This document shows, one piece after another, positions 35,790 through 47,919 of a stretch of DNA of 64,000 nt. The notes below the pieces were generated by a model. That model saw only the letters and a program-made list of their open reading frames with translations, searched no databases and was not told where the DNA came from. Source of the stretch: Podarcis pityusensis (Eukaryota); NCBI GenBank assembly GCA_964106645.2, contig OZ067047.1; one strand, given 5' to 3'. Within the stretch, counting starts at the first letter, position 1; every line of letters begins with the position of its first letter. The position numbers and the translations under genes are program-made.

Positions 35790-36520
35790 AGACTATCTAA
35801 GCGTCAGTATACTTATTTTAACAAACATGCTGGAAGTGCTGTCAGCCACATTGTAGCCACTCTTTCAGTATTTACTTTTGTGAACACTTTTGAAGTGTTG
35901 GAAGGAGCGGATAGCGACCAGTTTCCAATATTAGTGACCCAATGTCCTTTAACAGAATGCATATCAACAACCAAATCTGCAACAGTGCGTGGAGAATTAT
36001 AAGGCATGAAAAGACTGAAATGGTCTCTCAGATTGGGCAGCAATATCCAAGAGGCACTATTTAGTCATCACCTGACAAACTTGCATCAACATTTTATGAG
36101 CAAATCTCCAAATCTTGTTCATGTCTTCCAGCAAATTGTCACAGAACTCGGGCCCTATTTGATAACTTCTACAATTAATAAATACACACAATCAACAAAC
36201 CTTGGCTGGTTTGACAGTGAGTGCAAGGCAGCTAATACAAGTTCTAGCTAGGGCAGGCTTCCTCAACCTCAGCCCTCCAGATGTTTTTGGTCTACAACTC
36301 CCATAATCCCTAGCTAGCAGGACCAGTGGTCAGGGATGATGGGAATTGCAGTCTCAAAACATCTGGAGGGCCGAGGTTGAGGAAGCCTGGGCTAGGGCAA
36401 TTCAGGATTTGTGTACGAATCTGTAAGAAGAATCCATAGAAAATTTGATCAAATGTAGATTGAAATACAAGAGTCTGCTCGAAAACAGGAAAACTGAATA
36501 TATGAAAACCCAGTAGCAGG
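35790..36520 (+). mobile_element. Degenerate RTEX-like LINE fragment
   Basis: Remnant motifs SDQFP and GWFDSEC resemble IDHLP and KWFDHEC of the full-length element. Confidence 0.45.
36254..36389. mobile_element. hAT MITE
   Basis: TIR CAGGCTTCCTCAACCTC; TSD (A/G)GCTAGGG. Confidence 0.8.
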
Positions 36521-37904
36521 AATAGGAGTAATGGACCAGAGGGTTATCAGTAATGGAACAACAGAAAGTTATCAGACCAAACTCTCACCAGTTTGTTTAA
36601 GAAATGCCTTAATTGAGCTGCAGTTCCAAGTGATGCCCTCTGCAGTCTTGGGACTCGGCTAGATTTGTAAAGAAAAAGCAATTTATATGTATTGTATATG
36701 TGATATAACACTGTGCCACCAGATAGCACTATGGAGTCCTGTTTTTCTCTACCCGTTTTCCCTGTTTAAATTTACAACTCATGTAACTGAAACGCTTCTT
36801 TGATGTGTCCTGATTCAGTCTTGGATGGACACTGCACAAGGTCCCATTCTCAGTCAGACTTTGTATTTGTGGAAGACATCACTCATTATCTTCTAGTTGC
36901 CCCTTATATAGAGGTCACTTTTTGAAACCTTTATTCTCACAAGCAAGCAGGTAGGCCCTGACAGAAATGATTTGGTTTCTTTCGAATGTCAGTAATAGCT
37001 TAGTAACACAGAGTGACCCTCTACGCATTAGCTGGAGAGAGAAAAATCAGGAAAAATGAGTCCGATAAAATCACTATAAATTGTTGTGATTTGGAGCTTT
37101 AATCTTGAAATCCAAGTTGAATTTGAGTTTGTAGGTGTCTCTGGTAACTCTTTCATCATGGATGTTGGCTTATGTTATGGACATACGTTCTTTATTCTTC
37201 TATTAATACTATTGCTACAAGTCTCCCATGGACTTTGGCTAGAATAATAAACTTGCAAACTGAACCTCCCATCCACCCATCTGTCAGATGGGGGGGAATG
37301 AGTGGGAGGCATCTACTAGGTTGCACGAATAACTCCCAACTCCCTAGGCCAGCAGCCAAGCTCCCAAAGCAAGCAGGTAAGCATATGTGGGATGGCTCTG
37401 CAGCAAGTACCAGTTAGTTTCAGGGTTATACTGACTACCAAGATGACCTTACACATATGGTATTTGGCAGTGACAGCTAAATTTACACAACACTGCTGAG
37501 TGATGCATGGAGAAACAAAAGGATACTTTCGATGCTGATTGGTTTACATCTGTTTCTTTTATTGTCACCCAGAGGAACCCAGATCCACTATAACATATAT
37601 CTTTTTGGCTTCGGCTACTTAACTTAACATGCTATTATTATCTGCCTAATACACATAATGCATGTATTTTCCTTTTATCTGATGATCAATACCCATTATT
37701 TCATGTTATTCTGAATAAAAATAATCTCATAAAAAATGTAAAATCTACATCAGGGCAATAACCAGGGCGACCAAACTGCCATAAAATAGCATGCAGGTTT
37801 TGACTTCTACAGAATGTTTTATCAGAGGAGCGGATGTGGGATAGAGTTGGTTGCTGTCAAAGCCACAAGGATGTATATCTTCTCACAATCTCAAGAAAGA
37901 ATGT

Positions 37905-38565
37905 TGAAGGGAAGTTCTGCTTCTGCACATGACTGTGGCATTATGGGAAGTCCTGCTTCTAAGCTTTTCTCTGGCATGATGGGAAGTCCTGCTTCTAAGC
38001 TTTTCTCTGGCATTATGGGAAGTCCTGCTTCTAAGCTTTTCTCTGGCATTATGGGAAGTCTTGCTTCTAAGCTTTTCTCTGCTTCTGTACATACTGTACA
38101 ACCCGTTCTAAATACCAAGACATTCCCTCATTTCCCTAGGATGCTCAGTTCATCTTAAGTTCATGAAAACATTATACTCTGACCTGTTCTTAATGCATAG
38201 CTGACCACATCTACGGAACTCGATTATTATATTCTTTCATGTTATGATCAATCATTAGTAATTGTTTTAGTCATGCTATATCAATCATTAGTTATAATTT
38301 AATTAGGAGGTTTCATGCCTGTCTAGTTCTGTGCTCCCTTTCCCAGCCTTTAATCTATTGGTGATTAATGCCTATATGTAACCCTTGCTTTGTACTTGTG
38401 TTAACCAATCAGCAACAAGTTGCTTTGTGTTTGTGTCAACCAATCAGCAACGAGCGCACCTGTGGCAATGTTGTAATATTCAATAAAAGAGTCTTCTCGG
38501 GGCTTGCTCGAGAGATGCCTCTCACATGACACTTGCTACTCGTCTGTCGTGATTTCAACCCAACA
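37905..38565 (+). mobile_element. Solo LTR, 6-bp TSD, with an internal 36-bp x4 tandem repeat (37937-38080)
   Basis: TGAAGGG...CCCAACA, TSD GAATGT, AATAAA ~38482. Confidence 0.85.
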
Positions 38566-39876
38566 GAATGTGGCAGGATATACCAGACATTCAAACAAGA
38601 CTCTCACTATGTGCTATGCAGGTTTAAAGTTGCACTTAGGGCAGCTGAGATGGAAAAAATGTATAAAGGTTAGCATTTTCCCTTCCCAATTTTTGAAAAT
38701 ATAAATCAAGCTATTACCTAGATCTGTCTCGCTCCTTAGGTGAAACACACAGGTTCCTTCGTAGACAGAAAACAAGGAATCAAGAGAAAGTAGGTAGCTT
38801 TTATATTAACAAAGCTAGATGTTAATTTTAGGTGGCATGCAAGGTAAAAAAGCAAAAAGAAGTCAAATTGGGTAGTTTTACTTAGTACTTGGAGTGTTCC
38901 GTCAGAGAATGAAGTCCCATCTTTGGGTAGTATAAGTCCAGTTTGCAACCAGCTGTTGAATGGCTGAATTCGGTATTATCCAAGTCATTTAAAAAATGCT
39001 AGGTGCTTTTATTAATAATATAGCTAAATGGGATCTCCAGATTCAGAGACAGCATAACTTTGAAAGTCAGTTTGGGAGGGAGGGAAGGAAGCAACAGATG
39101 GGGAAGTATTTTGCCTTCATTCTCTGCTGGTGGGTTTCCCAGATACATCTGGCTGAACATTATGGGGAACAGGATGCTGTACTAGGGGCTCTTCTGCTAA
39201 TTCTATTTTTTTTGGGGGGGGGGGAATCCAACCTCTGGTATGTAGGCTTTGAACAGAACAGCAGTCATTTCAAGAGTAAGAACATACAAGGGGGTCCCCA
39301 CTTAAGCAGAGGTACTGTTGCAGTCACCACACACATTACTGGGATGCACATGAGAGAGGATTCCCCGATTCTGCCCCCATCCCCTTTTGGAGCTGAAAAT
39401 AGTGCACTTGTCAGCAGAAGTGCTTGTGCTGATCACGTGCAAGTGGGGAGGTGCCAGTACAGGCTTTATTAAATAGAAGACAGTATGCCGGTATGATGGC
39501 GGACAGCACTCTACTAATGTGAGCCCATTGATTTTATCTTTTTATTTTCTCTTACTCCTTTTAAAGACTATTTTAATGAATATTGAGCTCAGATAAATTT
39601 AAGCACCTCACCCCATTCTATCCCACGTTCCGCTTTCCTGACTCTTCTTGGAGCTTTAAAGCCGCATTGACTATCTTATCACACTGCGAAGAGCTTACAG
39701 GAAGATTCATGGGCTGTTCCCACCACAAGTCTGGAGGCACAGACGGAGCATAATTTAGTGTTATGCCAATAACCTTTGGCACACTCCTCCTCCTTGAATA
39801 GGATACTTTCAAGGAAAATACTCCCTCGACTCTTTGAAAAATTTAGGGAAGATAAAAGAGCGAGGCAAAGGGAGAG

Positions 39877-41274
39877 ATGACTCAGCAATTAGACAGCCCT
39901 GCTGATGCGAGGAGGGGGGTTGGTAAACGCTGCAGAGAATCTGAGGACTTAGAGGAAATGGCATGTTTGCCCCTTACCAAGCAAACCAAAATCAGCGAAT
40001 TCTTCTATGGAAAAACAAAGGACACTTTTAATATTCCGACCTCGAACAGCTTCTCGCCATTAGCAGAGATAATCGATAAGGAAATTACACCGAAGGAACC
40101 ACCCACTAAACAACCCATTAACTCCTTAAACAACACCATCACGAGACCAAAAGGCCCCAAAAAAGTTCCAACTATGCCCATTCAGGCGGAAGACTGCATC
40201 GGAGAACAAGCAAACCATCTCTCTGAATTACTGCTTGAACACTCTACCACGTTAGACCTAGTGGCTAAAACCGTGGACTGTATCTTTAAATACATAAGAG
40301 ACATCAAAGGCTCCTTAGAGAAGATTACATCCTTTGTATCCCCAAAAGTTAATGTCAGCCCTGTAGACGTTTCACCGGAGGATAGGGCTGAACCAACACC
40401 CAGAGTACCTGCCCTATTACGCTCAACCCCGCAGACTGGCTGCAAATCTGAAAACGAACAATCTATGGAAGATTTACACACCATATCTTCCTATAATCTT
40501 TCGTTACAAGCCACTAGACTTTGTTTAATTATCCTCCCCTTCAAAGGTCAGGTTGTTAACTGGTCGTCTACACATGTCGCAAGAAGGCATCTAGCTGAGC
40601 TTCTGGGCGTAGATCCTCTTTCCATCGATCTGAAATCCACTGTCCACATTTACAGCAAGCCACACATGCAGAGGATACTGCTCACCTTTGATTCTAAAAA
40701 GCTTCCAACTTATATGATGTCCCTACGAAGCTACCTGACTAATTATAGAATTTTTATCACAAGAGTTTTTATCAACACTAAGATTTGCCCTCTTATTCCC
40801 TACTCTCCAGTTAAAAGGAAAGCAATTAAAAATGAGGGCATTCCATCTACTACGAGCTCTACCTCTCCACCCTCAGACTTAATTAGTTGGACAGAGACCC
40901 CCATGCCCCTCCTATCAAAGGCTACTCATCTTGAGAATTCGATGGAGCAGGAATTACTTGTCTCCTTCTCCCATCTGCCAAAAGCCGAACAAACAGAGAT
41001 AACGGACAGACTAGATGAGTTATTACTCTATCTCCGCAACTTTGAAGATCTAGCGCCCACAAAAGAGGCAAATATTCCACCTAACTTGGAGCGAAAAATG
41101 GGTCATGAATCTCCTCAGGTCACGGCAGAACACACACCCCTACTCTGCCCAACTGAAATCCACGCCGAAATCTCTGTGGCGCCCCTAATCACATTACCGG
41201 AGACTCAACCATCCAATGGTTGCATCTTCCACGACCCCGGGAAAGCCCTAGATGCTATTGAAGAGACAAAATGA
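39877..41274 (+). CDS. LINE ORF1 (465 aa)
   Basis: Long ORF upstream of ORF2 inside the TSD-bounded element; TSNSFSPL motif and predicted coiled coil. Confidence 0.8.
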   Translation: MTQQLDSPADARRGVGKRCRESEDLEEMACLPLTKQTKISEFFYGKTKDTFNIPTSNSFSPLAEIIDKEITPKEPPTKQPINSLNNTITRPKGPKKVPTMPIQAEDCIGEQANHLSELLLEHSTTLDLVAKTVDCIFKYIRDIKGSLEKITSFVSPKVNVSPVDVSPEDRAEPTPRVPALLRSTPQTGCKSENEQSMEDLHTISSYNLSLQATRLCLIILPFKGQVVNWSSTHVARRHLAELLGVDPLSIDLKSTVHIYSKPHMQRILLTFDSKKLPTYMMSLRSYLTNYRIFITRVFINTKICPLIPYSPVKRKAIKNEGIPSTTSSTSPPSDLISWTETPMPLLSKATHLENSMEQELLVSFSHLPKAEQTEITDRLDELLLYLRNFEDLAPTKEANIPPNLERKMGHESPQVTAEHTPLLCPTEIHAEISVAPLITLPETQPSNGCIFHDPGKALDAIEETK

Positions 41275-44200
41275 CTCTCACCCCTACTACTATCCTGGAA
41301 CGTTGCTGGATGGCAATCGAAAACAAGGGACAAAGACGTTTTAACCTACGTATCACAGTTCAAGATCATCCTGCTCCAAGAAACCTGGATGCAAAATCCT
41401 TTCGAACTACACAATTACTTTGCTTTCCATTCCCCTGCCTCAATCGGCCCAAAAGGCGGAAGACTGGCGGGAGGTTTGAGCACCTTCGTATCGACAGATC
41501 TAGGAGCCTCCCCTATCCAATTGAAAATCGATAAAAAATGGATTTTGGCCGTTAAAATATTCTCCACCCATTTTAAGATCATATGCATCAATGTTTATAT
41601 TCACCCACTTATGAAACAAACTGATCTTAAAAACATCTGGAACGAACTGGAAGACTGCATTCTCCTTGTCTCAAATAAGTTTCCTTCTGCCTCCTTAATT
41701 ATTGGTGGGGATTTTAATGCAAGGCTAGGCCACTCAGACGAACAGTTAATCAAGGAAAGTGGAATGGGTCCCCTAAATGCTAATGATGAACATTGGCCCC
41801 TATTCAGGCGTCACTCACTTGACCCAGTTACCAATTTTGCTGGTACATGTCTTTTTTTAATGGCACTTAGATTAAACCTTGTTATTTTAAACGGCCTCTC
41901 CTCGGGGGACTGCCCTGGCCAATTTACTTACTGGTCAGGCTTAAGGCATTCTGTTATTGACTACATCCTTGTCTCCCAAGAACTCTTCGATGAATATATT
42001 GAATTTACTGTAGATATAAGAACCGAAATTGACCATTTACCCCTAAATCTTAAAAGGACTGAATTTTGGGAACCCTCTAGACGTGGGCTTGCCCCGCAGA
42101 CTCCTGATCCTAGCGCTTTACAACAAATAGGCAGATCCAGAATTAAATGGTCCCCTTATGTTAATAACAATTTTGGTATTTGGACACAATCAATGGAAGG
42201 TCAACTCCTCTGGGCTGATCTGACTTCCAACGACACTGAAGAGACCTCCCCAATTGACCATTATAACACATTAATCCGAAAACTCCAACCGTTATTGTCA
42301 AGACCCAGAAGATCTAACCAAAATGACTCCCCTACCAACAAAAAATGGTTTGACCATGAATGCACTCAGGCAAAACTTATACTCAGGGAATGCTTTAAGG
42401 TCTTCCAGCAAAATCCTAACCCTATCACTAAATTGGAGTTACAACTTAAAAAAAAGAACTACAAAGAGTTATTAAAAACCAAAAAAAGAACCGCAGACTC
42501 TCTCATCTGGCAGGCCCTCATAAAAGCGTCAATAGAAAAAGACAATTCCAACTTCTGGAAAATTATCTCCAGTCAAACCAAAGCTCCTAATGAGGGCACA
42601 ATAATCCCTGCAAATTCATGGGAAGAGCACTATAAAGTGCTGTTTAGGGAACATCGTCCTTCTGCGCCACTTAACATCCCCTTAGATAATGATACACCAT
42701 GGCCCCCAACATCTGAAACTGAAATCACTTCGCTAATTCTACAAATGAAATCTGGCAAAGCCCCAGGAAGTGATTTCATTGTCGCTGAACTTCTGAAAGC
42801 GCAAATAAACTGGTGGGCCCCGGTCCTTGCAAATCTATTTTCATATATAGATAAGACAACTGAAATCCCTAAAGATTGGGGACTAGCTATAATTGTTCCC
42901 ATATTTAAAAAGGGCAACCCCTCTGATCCATCTAATTATAGACCAATTAGTCTCCTGAATGTGATCTGTAAACTTTATACAAAACATCTATGCCTAAAAT
43001 TATGGGAATGGTTAGATCATAATAACTTGCTAGAAATTGAACAAGCAGGGTTTACATCCGGACGTTCCACCATTGATCACTGCTTAGTGTTAGATTACTT
43101 TGTCTATAAGTATGTGAAATATTGGAAAAAGTCATTATATGCGGCCTTTGTGGACCTAAAGGCAGCATTTGATTCTGTATCCAGGAGCAGGCTCTGGGCC
43201 AAATTGGCCAATATGGGTATTAACAGAAGGTTATTACTTCTGATGATTAAGCTTCATGAGAACAATACCCTCCAGATAAGACTTGCACAGGACGGCAGAC
43301 TCTCTAGAGAAATCCCAGTCCAAAGAGGAGTTAGACAAGGATGCCTATTAGCCCCATTCCTATTTAACATCTATGTTAACTCCCTGGTCACATGCTGCCG
43401 TGAAATTGAAACCCACCCCCCTGTGTTCTCTAATGGCAGAAAAGTACCAATTTTAATGTATGCGGATGACGCTGTTCTTCTCTCTCAAACCAAAGTGGGT
43501 CTGAAACGTGCCTTAGGAAAGTTTAGTGACCAATGTAACACTGAACTGTTAACAATTAACTTTGCCAAAACCAAAATTGTACATTTTAACCGCTCCTTCA
43601 GGAAGGATAATTGGAGCGTAAAGGGAAACGCCATTGAACAGACTAAGACCTTCCAATACTTAGGCATTACTTTCTCTTATAATGCCAAATTCTCAACACA
43701 CTTGACCAGATCAGCTATATCAGCAGAAAGAAGTGCAAATGCTATCCTTAGATTATTCAGAAGGAAAGGAGCTGGCTTCCTCCCGATGGCCCTAACAGTC
43801 TTTCAGGCAAAATCTTTAGCCCAACTTCTATATGGCTCTCAAATTAGCCCCTCTGCCAACCTTAAGACCCTTGAAACAGTACAATCTAAATTCTTAAGAT
43901 CATTATTTGCTACCCCTAAGTGTACACCTAATGCAGTCTTAAGGCAAGAGGCAGGACTGCCCAGAGTGGAATTAAAAGTCTGGGAACAAGCAATATCCCT
44001 CTGGCTGAAAATCCATTACAATCCTAAGGGTCTATTATCTTGCTTCCTGGCCGCAGTTCCCTATCCTCCTTGGCTTATGCAAATAACTAACAAGATCAAA
44101 CAAATTGGCCTAAACCCTGAAAATCTTTTTATTGGAACTCTGAACAAGGCAAAAGCTACTATCACTCGGAGACTTTATGATATCGAATTACAACAAGAAG

Positions 44201-44658
44201 GCGCCCTACTCCCAGAGACGTATAGATGTTTAAAAGCTTGGCCTAATTTTGCAACTGCCCCTTACTTAACTAACATCACTAACGAAGCCTATAGATGGGC
44301 TTTCTCTAGAGCCCGCTTTGAGACAATGCCCTCAGCAGTGCTGTACGGCAAATTCACGCGGGTTCCAATGCATGCGCGTCTCTGCCCTTGTATGTCTAAT
44401 AAGGTAGAATCTGTCACACACATTCTTCTATCTTGCGAATTCTATAGTGAAGAACGAGTTCAACTTATTTTACCGCTTCTATCAAAATTTATACCCCTTC
44501 AATATTATTTGGAATCCTCCCCTGAAATTCTTCGAAAATACCTCCTGGAAGATTCCTCAAGCTCAATATCATATGAGGTGGCTAAATTTTGCACTTTAGT
44601 AATTAAGAAGCGTAAATCTCTTCTGTTGAATGGCACACTGCGAAGTTCCCTTGTGTAA
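41275..44658 (+). CDS. LINE ORF2: APE endonuclease, reverse transcriptase, C-terminal CCHC; uninterrupted, no in-frame ATG before 41389
   Basis: SWNVAGW, LQETW, GDFNA, IDYIL, IDH (APE); YRPISL, QAGF, AFDS, QGC, YADD (RT); LCPC...H...C. Confidence 0.93.
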   Translation, partial: LSPLLLSWNVAGWQSKTRDKDVLTYVSQFKIILLQETWMQNPFELHNYFAFHSPASIGPKGGRLAGGLSTFVSTDLGASPIQLKIDKKWILAVKIFSTHFKIICINVYIHPLMKQTDLKNIWNELEDCILLVSNKFPSASLIIGGDFNARLGHSDEQLIKESGMGPLNANDEHWPLFRRHSLDPVTNFAGTCLFLMALRLNLVILNGLSSGDCPGQFTYWSGLRHSVIDYILVSQELFDEYIEFTVDIRTEIDHLPLNLKRTEFWEPSRRGLAPQTPDPSALQQIGRSRIKWSPYVNNNFGIWTQSMEGQLLWADLTSNDTEETSPIDHYNTLIRKLQPLLSRPRRSNQNDSPTNKKWFDHECTQAKLILRECFKVFQQNPNPITKLELQLKKKNYKELLKTKKRTADSLIWQALIKASIEKDNSNFWKIISSQTKAPNEGTIIPANSWEEHYKVLFREHRPSAPLNIPLDNDTPWPPTSETEITSLILQMKSGKAPGSDFIVAELLKAQINWWAPVLANLFSYIDKTTEIPKDWGLAIIVPIFKKGNPSDPSNYRPISLLNVICKLYTKHLCLKLWEWLDHNNLLEIEQAGFTSGRSTIDHCLVLDYFVYKYVKYWKKSLYAAFVDLKAAFDSVSRSRLWAKLANMGINRRLLLLMIKLHENNTLQIRLAQDGRLSREIPVQRGVRQGCLLAPFLFNIYVNSLVTCCREIETHPPVFSNGRKVPILMYADDAVLLSQTKVGLKRALGKFSDQCNTELLTINFAKTKIVHFNRSFRKDNWSVKGNAIEQTKTFQYLGITFSYNAKFSTHLTRSAISAERSANAILRLFRRKGAGFLPMALTVFQAKSLAQLLYGSQISPSANLKTLETVQSKFLRSLFATPKCTPNAVLRQEAGLPRVELKVWEQAISLWLKIHYNPKGLLSCFLAAVPYPPWLMQITNKIKQIGLNPENLFIGTLNKAKATITRRLYDIELQQEGALLPETYRCLKAWPNFATAPYLTNITNEAYRWAFSRARFETMPSAVLYGKFTRVPMHARLCPCMSNKVESVTHILLSCEFYSEERVQLILPLLSKFIPLQYYLESSPEILRKYLLEDSSSSISYEVAKFCTLVIKKRKSLLLNGTLRSSLV

Positions 44659-46486
44659 CCTTTTTTCTTTTCTGAAGTTGTTGCTGATTTCTTGTTGTCT
44701 GATCTTGTGGTGTTTAGTGTCACTGGCTTTGGCCGCAATAAACTTGAAACTTGAAACTTGAATAGAAGACATAAAATGTAAGACCCTCACCTGGTTTAGC
44801 TGGCCAGTCAAAGCCATTCTCAGGGTGTGGCCGCTACTGTATGCTGACAGCTTCTAGGAGCCACAGGTGAGAGCTGGGTGCAGGGTGGGAACCAAAGGTG
44901 GACAAAAGGAGCATGATGTGTCCCCCACCAGAGGTACAACCCCTCCTCAGTCCTAAGTACACCTACTAGAGAGTAAGTCCGATTAAACATATACAGAGTC
45001 AATCTACAATTCAAAATAAATTTATAAGAGTAATTACTTAAGCCAACCTTGTTATGCAGTTACATTCCCTTAAATGCATTCTATTGCTATTAGTAAGCAA
45101 TTTTCAAGTTCAAAAATATTCAAACTGTGTTGCTAACAGCCACAATGAAAATTAGATTAAATAAAAGACAGCAGGTGTGGGTAGAAGAATGAAGGCTGTG
45201 TGGTTTTCACTAAGGCTGAAAACATTGTGCTGTTGAGTCAATTAAAGTTGTTAACACAGATCTGACCTTTGTGCTTTAATCAGGCTCTAATCAAATCTGT
45301 TTTCTGCAAAAGAAGCAGCTCAGAGCACACTAAATAGAAACACAAAACCTTTCTTCATTCAGATATTGGGAAGTCCACCTTCTGCCCTGAACATGTTCAT
45401 TTATTCCTTTGATTATCCAGCACAACTAGTGGAAGTGTTCTCGGAATATTTTAAGCTTGTGTTCTCCCTTGGTCATGAAAGTTGCCGCTAGCAGCCTTGA
45501 AGCAAGAATGTGGGGTGGGGCAGATATATTAGTAACTTTAATGAGGCTGTTATTAACAACCATAGATATTTCTATTTAGTATTTAGTGTTATATAGGTAT
45601 ATAATATAAAATGATACAAAATGAGATAAAAACAGGTTTTTAACTTTATATAGTATACTATGCTGCAGATTGACAAGACACTCAAATCCTATTGAAACCT
45701 TTCATTTGAATACTCATTTTTCTCTGAGAATGCACGGGCTGCACATGATCAAACAACTCTTATACAGGGTTTAGGAAGAAATCCAAATTCCTAGACTAGA
45801 TAGCAGTATACCTTCTAGTTTTCACTACTATGTTCCTTACTGGGCCAGAACGTGGTATCCTGGCTAGGAGATATCAGCACAAAGCCATATGTTAACATTT
45901 TCACCCAAAAACAGAAGCCATGAGTACTATAAACACATGCATTAATTCTTTGGAATGAAAGAAAATACATTCACAACTTGAAGATGGTAGGAGCATTTAT
46001 TTCAAAACAAGAACCGGCATGCAGGAAACAAAACCTCATGTCTCCAATTATAATGGCTACCTTGAAACATAACTGACCTTCCCCAAAGTGATGGCTGCGC
46101 AAGTGACCTTACAAAATGCTTAGATGCAATGGTGGCTGACAAGTCTTGCTGGCTCACCACCTGCTACATCACATTTTCCTGTTGGTTCTTCACTGCCACA
46201 GAATTTAACATTTGAACATAATGATTCCTAAATTACAGTTCTGACCTGTTGTTCTTATATGAACACTAACAACTTCCTATTCGTAATCCATCATGTGGAG
46301 TGGAAAAAAGAGCAGCAGTCTCATTAATCAAGAAAATCAACACAGCATTAGTGCCATTACCTTTGGCAGTTGAAACAGAAACGAAGCATGTCAGTGGGAG
46401 ACAGTACACTCTACAACACCAGAGACATGCCGTTCCAGGAATGGTTCTTTCTTGAAAAAGAGATGCCATCAACAACTAAAGAAAAA

Positions 46487-46560
46487 TCAATAAACAGTCC
46501 ATGAAACCTGCTTAAACTTATTTGGTCCAACCAACTGTTCCAGGGCTTCTCGAGAACGAT
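46487..46560 (-). CDS. AMN1: AMN1 last coding exon (exon 7)
   Basis: (D)[23 protein letters not shown]; acceptor ttttgcAG; candidate AATAAA at 46001-45996. Confidence 0.93.
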
Positions 46561-46916
46561 CTGCAAAACAAGGAAACAAGGATGATAAAATACATTGGAC
46601 AATTCAATTTTCTCTAGGATAAGAAAATGCTAGGTAGGAAGGGTAATGCAAATGAATAATTTAGGGGGAAGAAGGAATGGGTTTCAGAGATCTTTCTACA
46701 AGAAATGGGCCTCCAGATCAGTAAACTGATGCTGCTATTTGCTGCATAAATGCTTTGCAGCCTCTTGTAATAAGCTTATTCTTCTCTTCTGGTTAAGCAG
46801 GTTAAGACATGTTTGTTTCAACATGCTTTCGGTTTTTTGCTTATATTCCAGTGTTTTCTGCAGACATTCATTAATTGTTTTTACCTATAGCCCACCCTTC
46901 ACTGAATGGTCCCATA

Positions 46917-47281
46917 GGTAAAGGTAAAGGTACCCCTGCCCGTACGGGCCAGTCGTGTCTGACTCTAGGGTTGTGCGCCCATCTCACTTAAGAGGCCGAG
47001 GGCCAGCGCTGTCCGGAGACACTTCCGGGTCATGTGGCCAGCGTGACGAAGCTGCTCTGGCGAGCCGGCACCAGCGCAGCACACGGAAACGCCGTTTACC
47101 TTCCTGCTATAAAGCGGTACCTATTTATCTACTTGCACTTAGGGGTGCTTTCGAACTGCTAGGTGGGCAGGAGCTGGGACCGAAAGACGGGAGCTCACCC
47201 CGCCGCGGGGATTCGAACCGCGACCATGCGATCGGCAAGCCCTAGGCGCTGAGGTTTTACCCACAGCGCCACCCGCGTCCC
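46917..47281 (-). mobile_element. Full-length Sauria SINE
   Basis: GGGACGCGGGTGGCGCTGTGG head, B-box GGTTCGAATCC, (ACCTTT)n tail. Confidence 0.92.
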
Positions 47282-47919
47282 AAAGTGAGTCCCATAGTGG
47301 TCCCATAGTGAGTTACAAAAACCTCACAATAAAACAGCACACTGTATTAAAAACATAAAATAAAATGACCAAACTAACAAAAAGCAGAATTAACAAAACA
47401 GCAGCACAGAACAGCAATGCAGCACGAGGGCAGGTTATTCCACTAACTGAGAGCCAACACAGAGAAGCAACTCTCACACCCTACTGCCCATCAGACTGCA
47501 TAGGGCAGCAGCACTGCCAAGGGGGCCTCCCCTGCTGATCTTAACACTAGAGCAGGTCAATGTGGTTGTTTTGCTATTATTTCTGGGTTTTACTTAGGTT
47601 GCTTTGAAACTGTTGTTCTTATTCTGATCTGTTTTAAACCACCTTTTTGGGGTGGAAAACACCCAATTTTGATTGAACAAAATGTACTAGCATCAAGGCA
47701 AAATAATTTTAGCAACAATGTATCCAGTACCCTTTTTCTTCCCCAGGGAGTACTCAAGGATACGCAGTACTGGCACCTCTTTTTGTTGCTAAAAAGTGTG
47801 GCACTTACTGTAACAACTTATTGAAAAAAAGCACTGATTGTATCTGATGCAGTTGAATTAAACAATTGCTCTGATAAACAAGCATATCTGAACAGAAGCC
47901 ACACAGGCATACTGTTGAT

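Larger units (their letters stand above)
39483..44760 (+). mobile_element. Full-length non-LTR retrotransposon, RTEX-like (5.3 kb)
   Basis: 11-bp TSD AATAGAAGACA (39472-82 / 44761-71); 5' ATGGCGG YY1-like motif; AATAAA plus (ACTTGAA)n tail; ORF1 and ORF2. Clade assignment is by motif recall only. Confidence 0.92.

Noticed and set aside
37814-38158. ORF with 12-aa repeats
   Set aside because: 36-bp tandem duplication inside a solo LTR.
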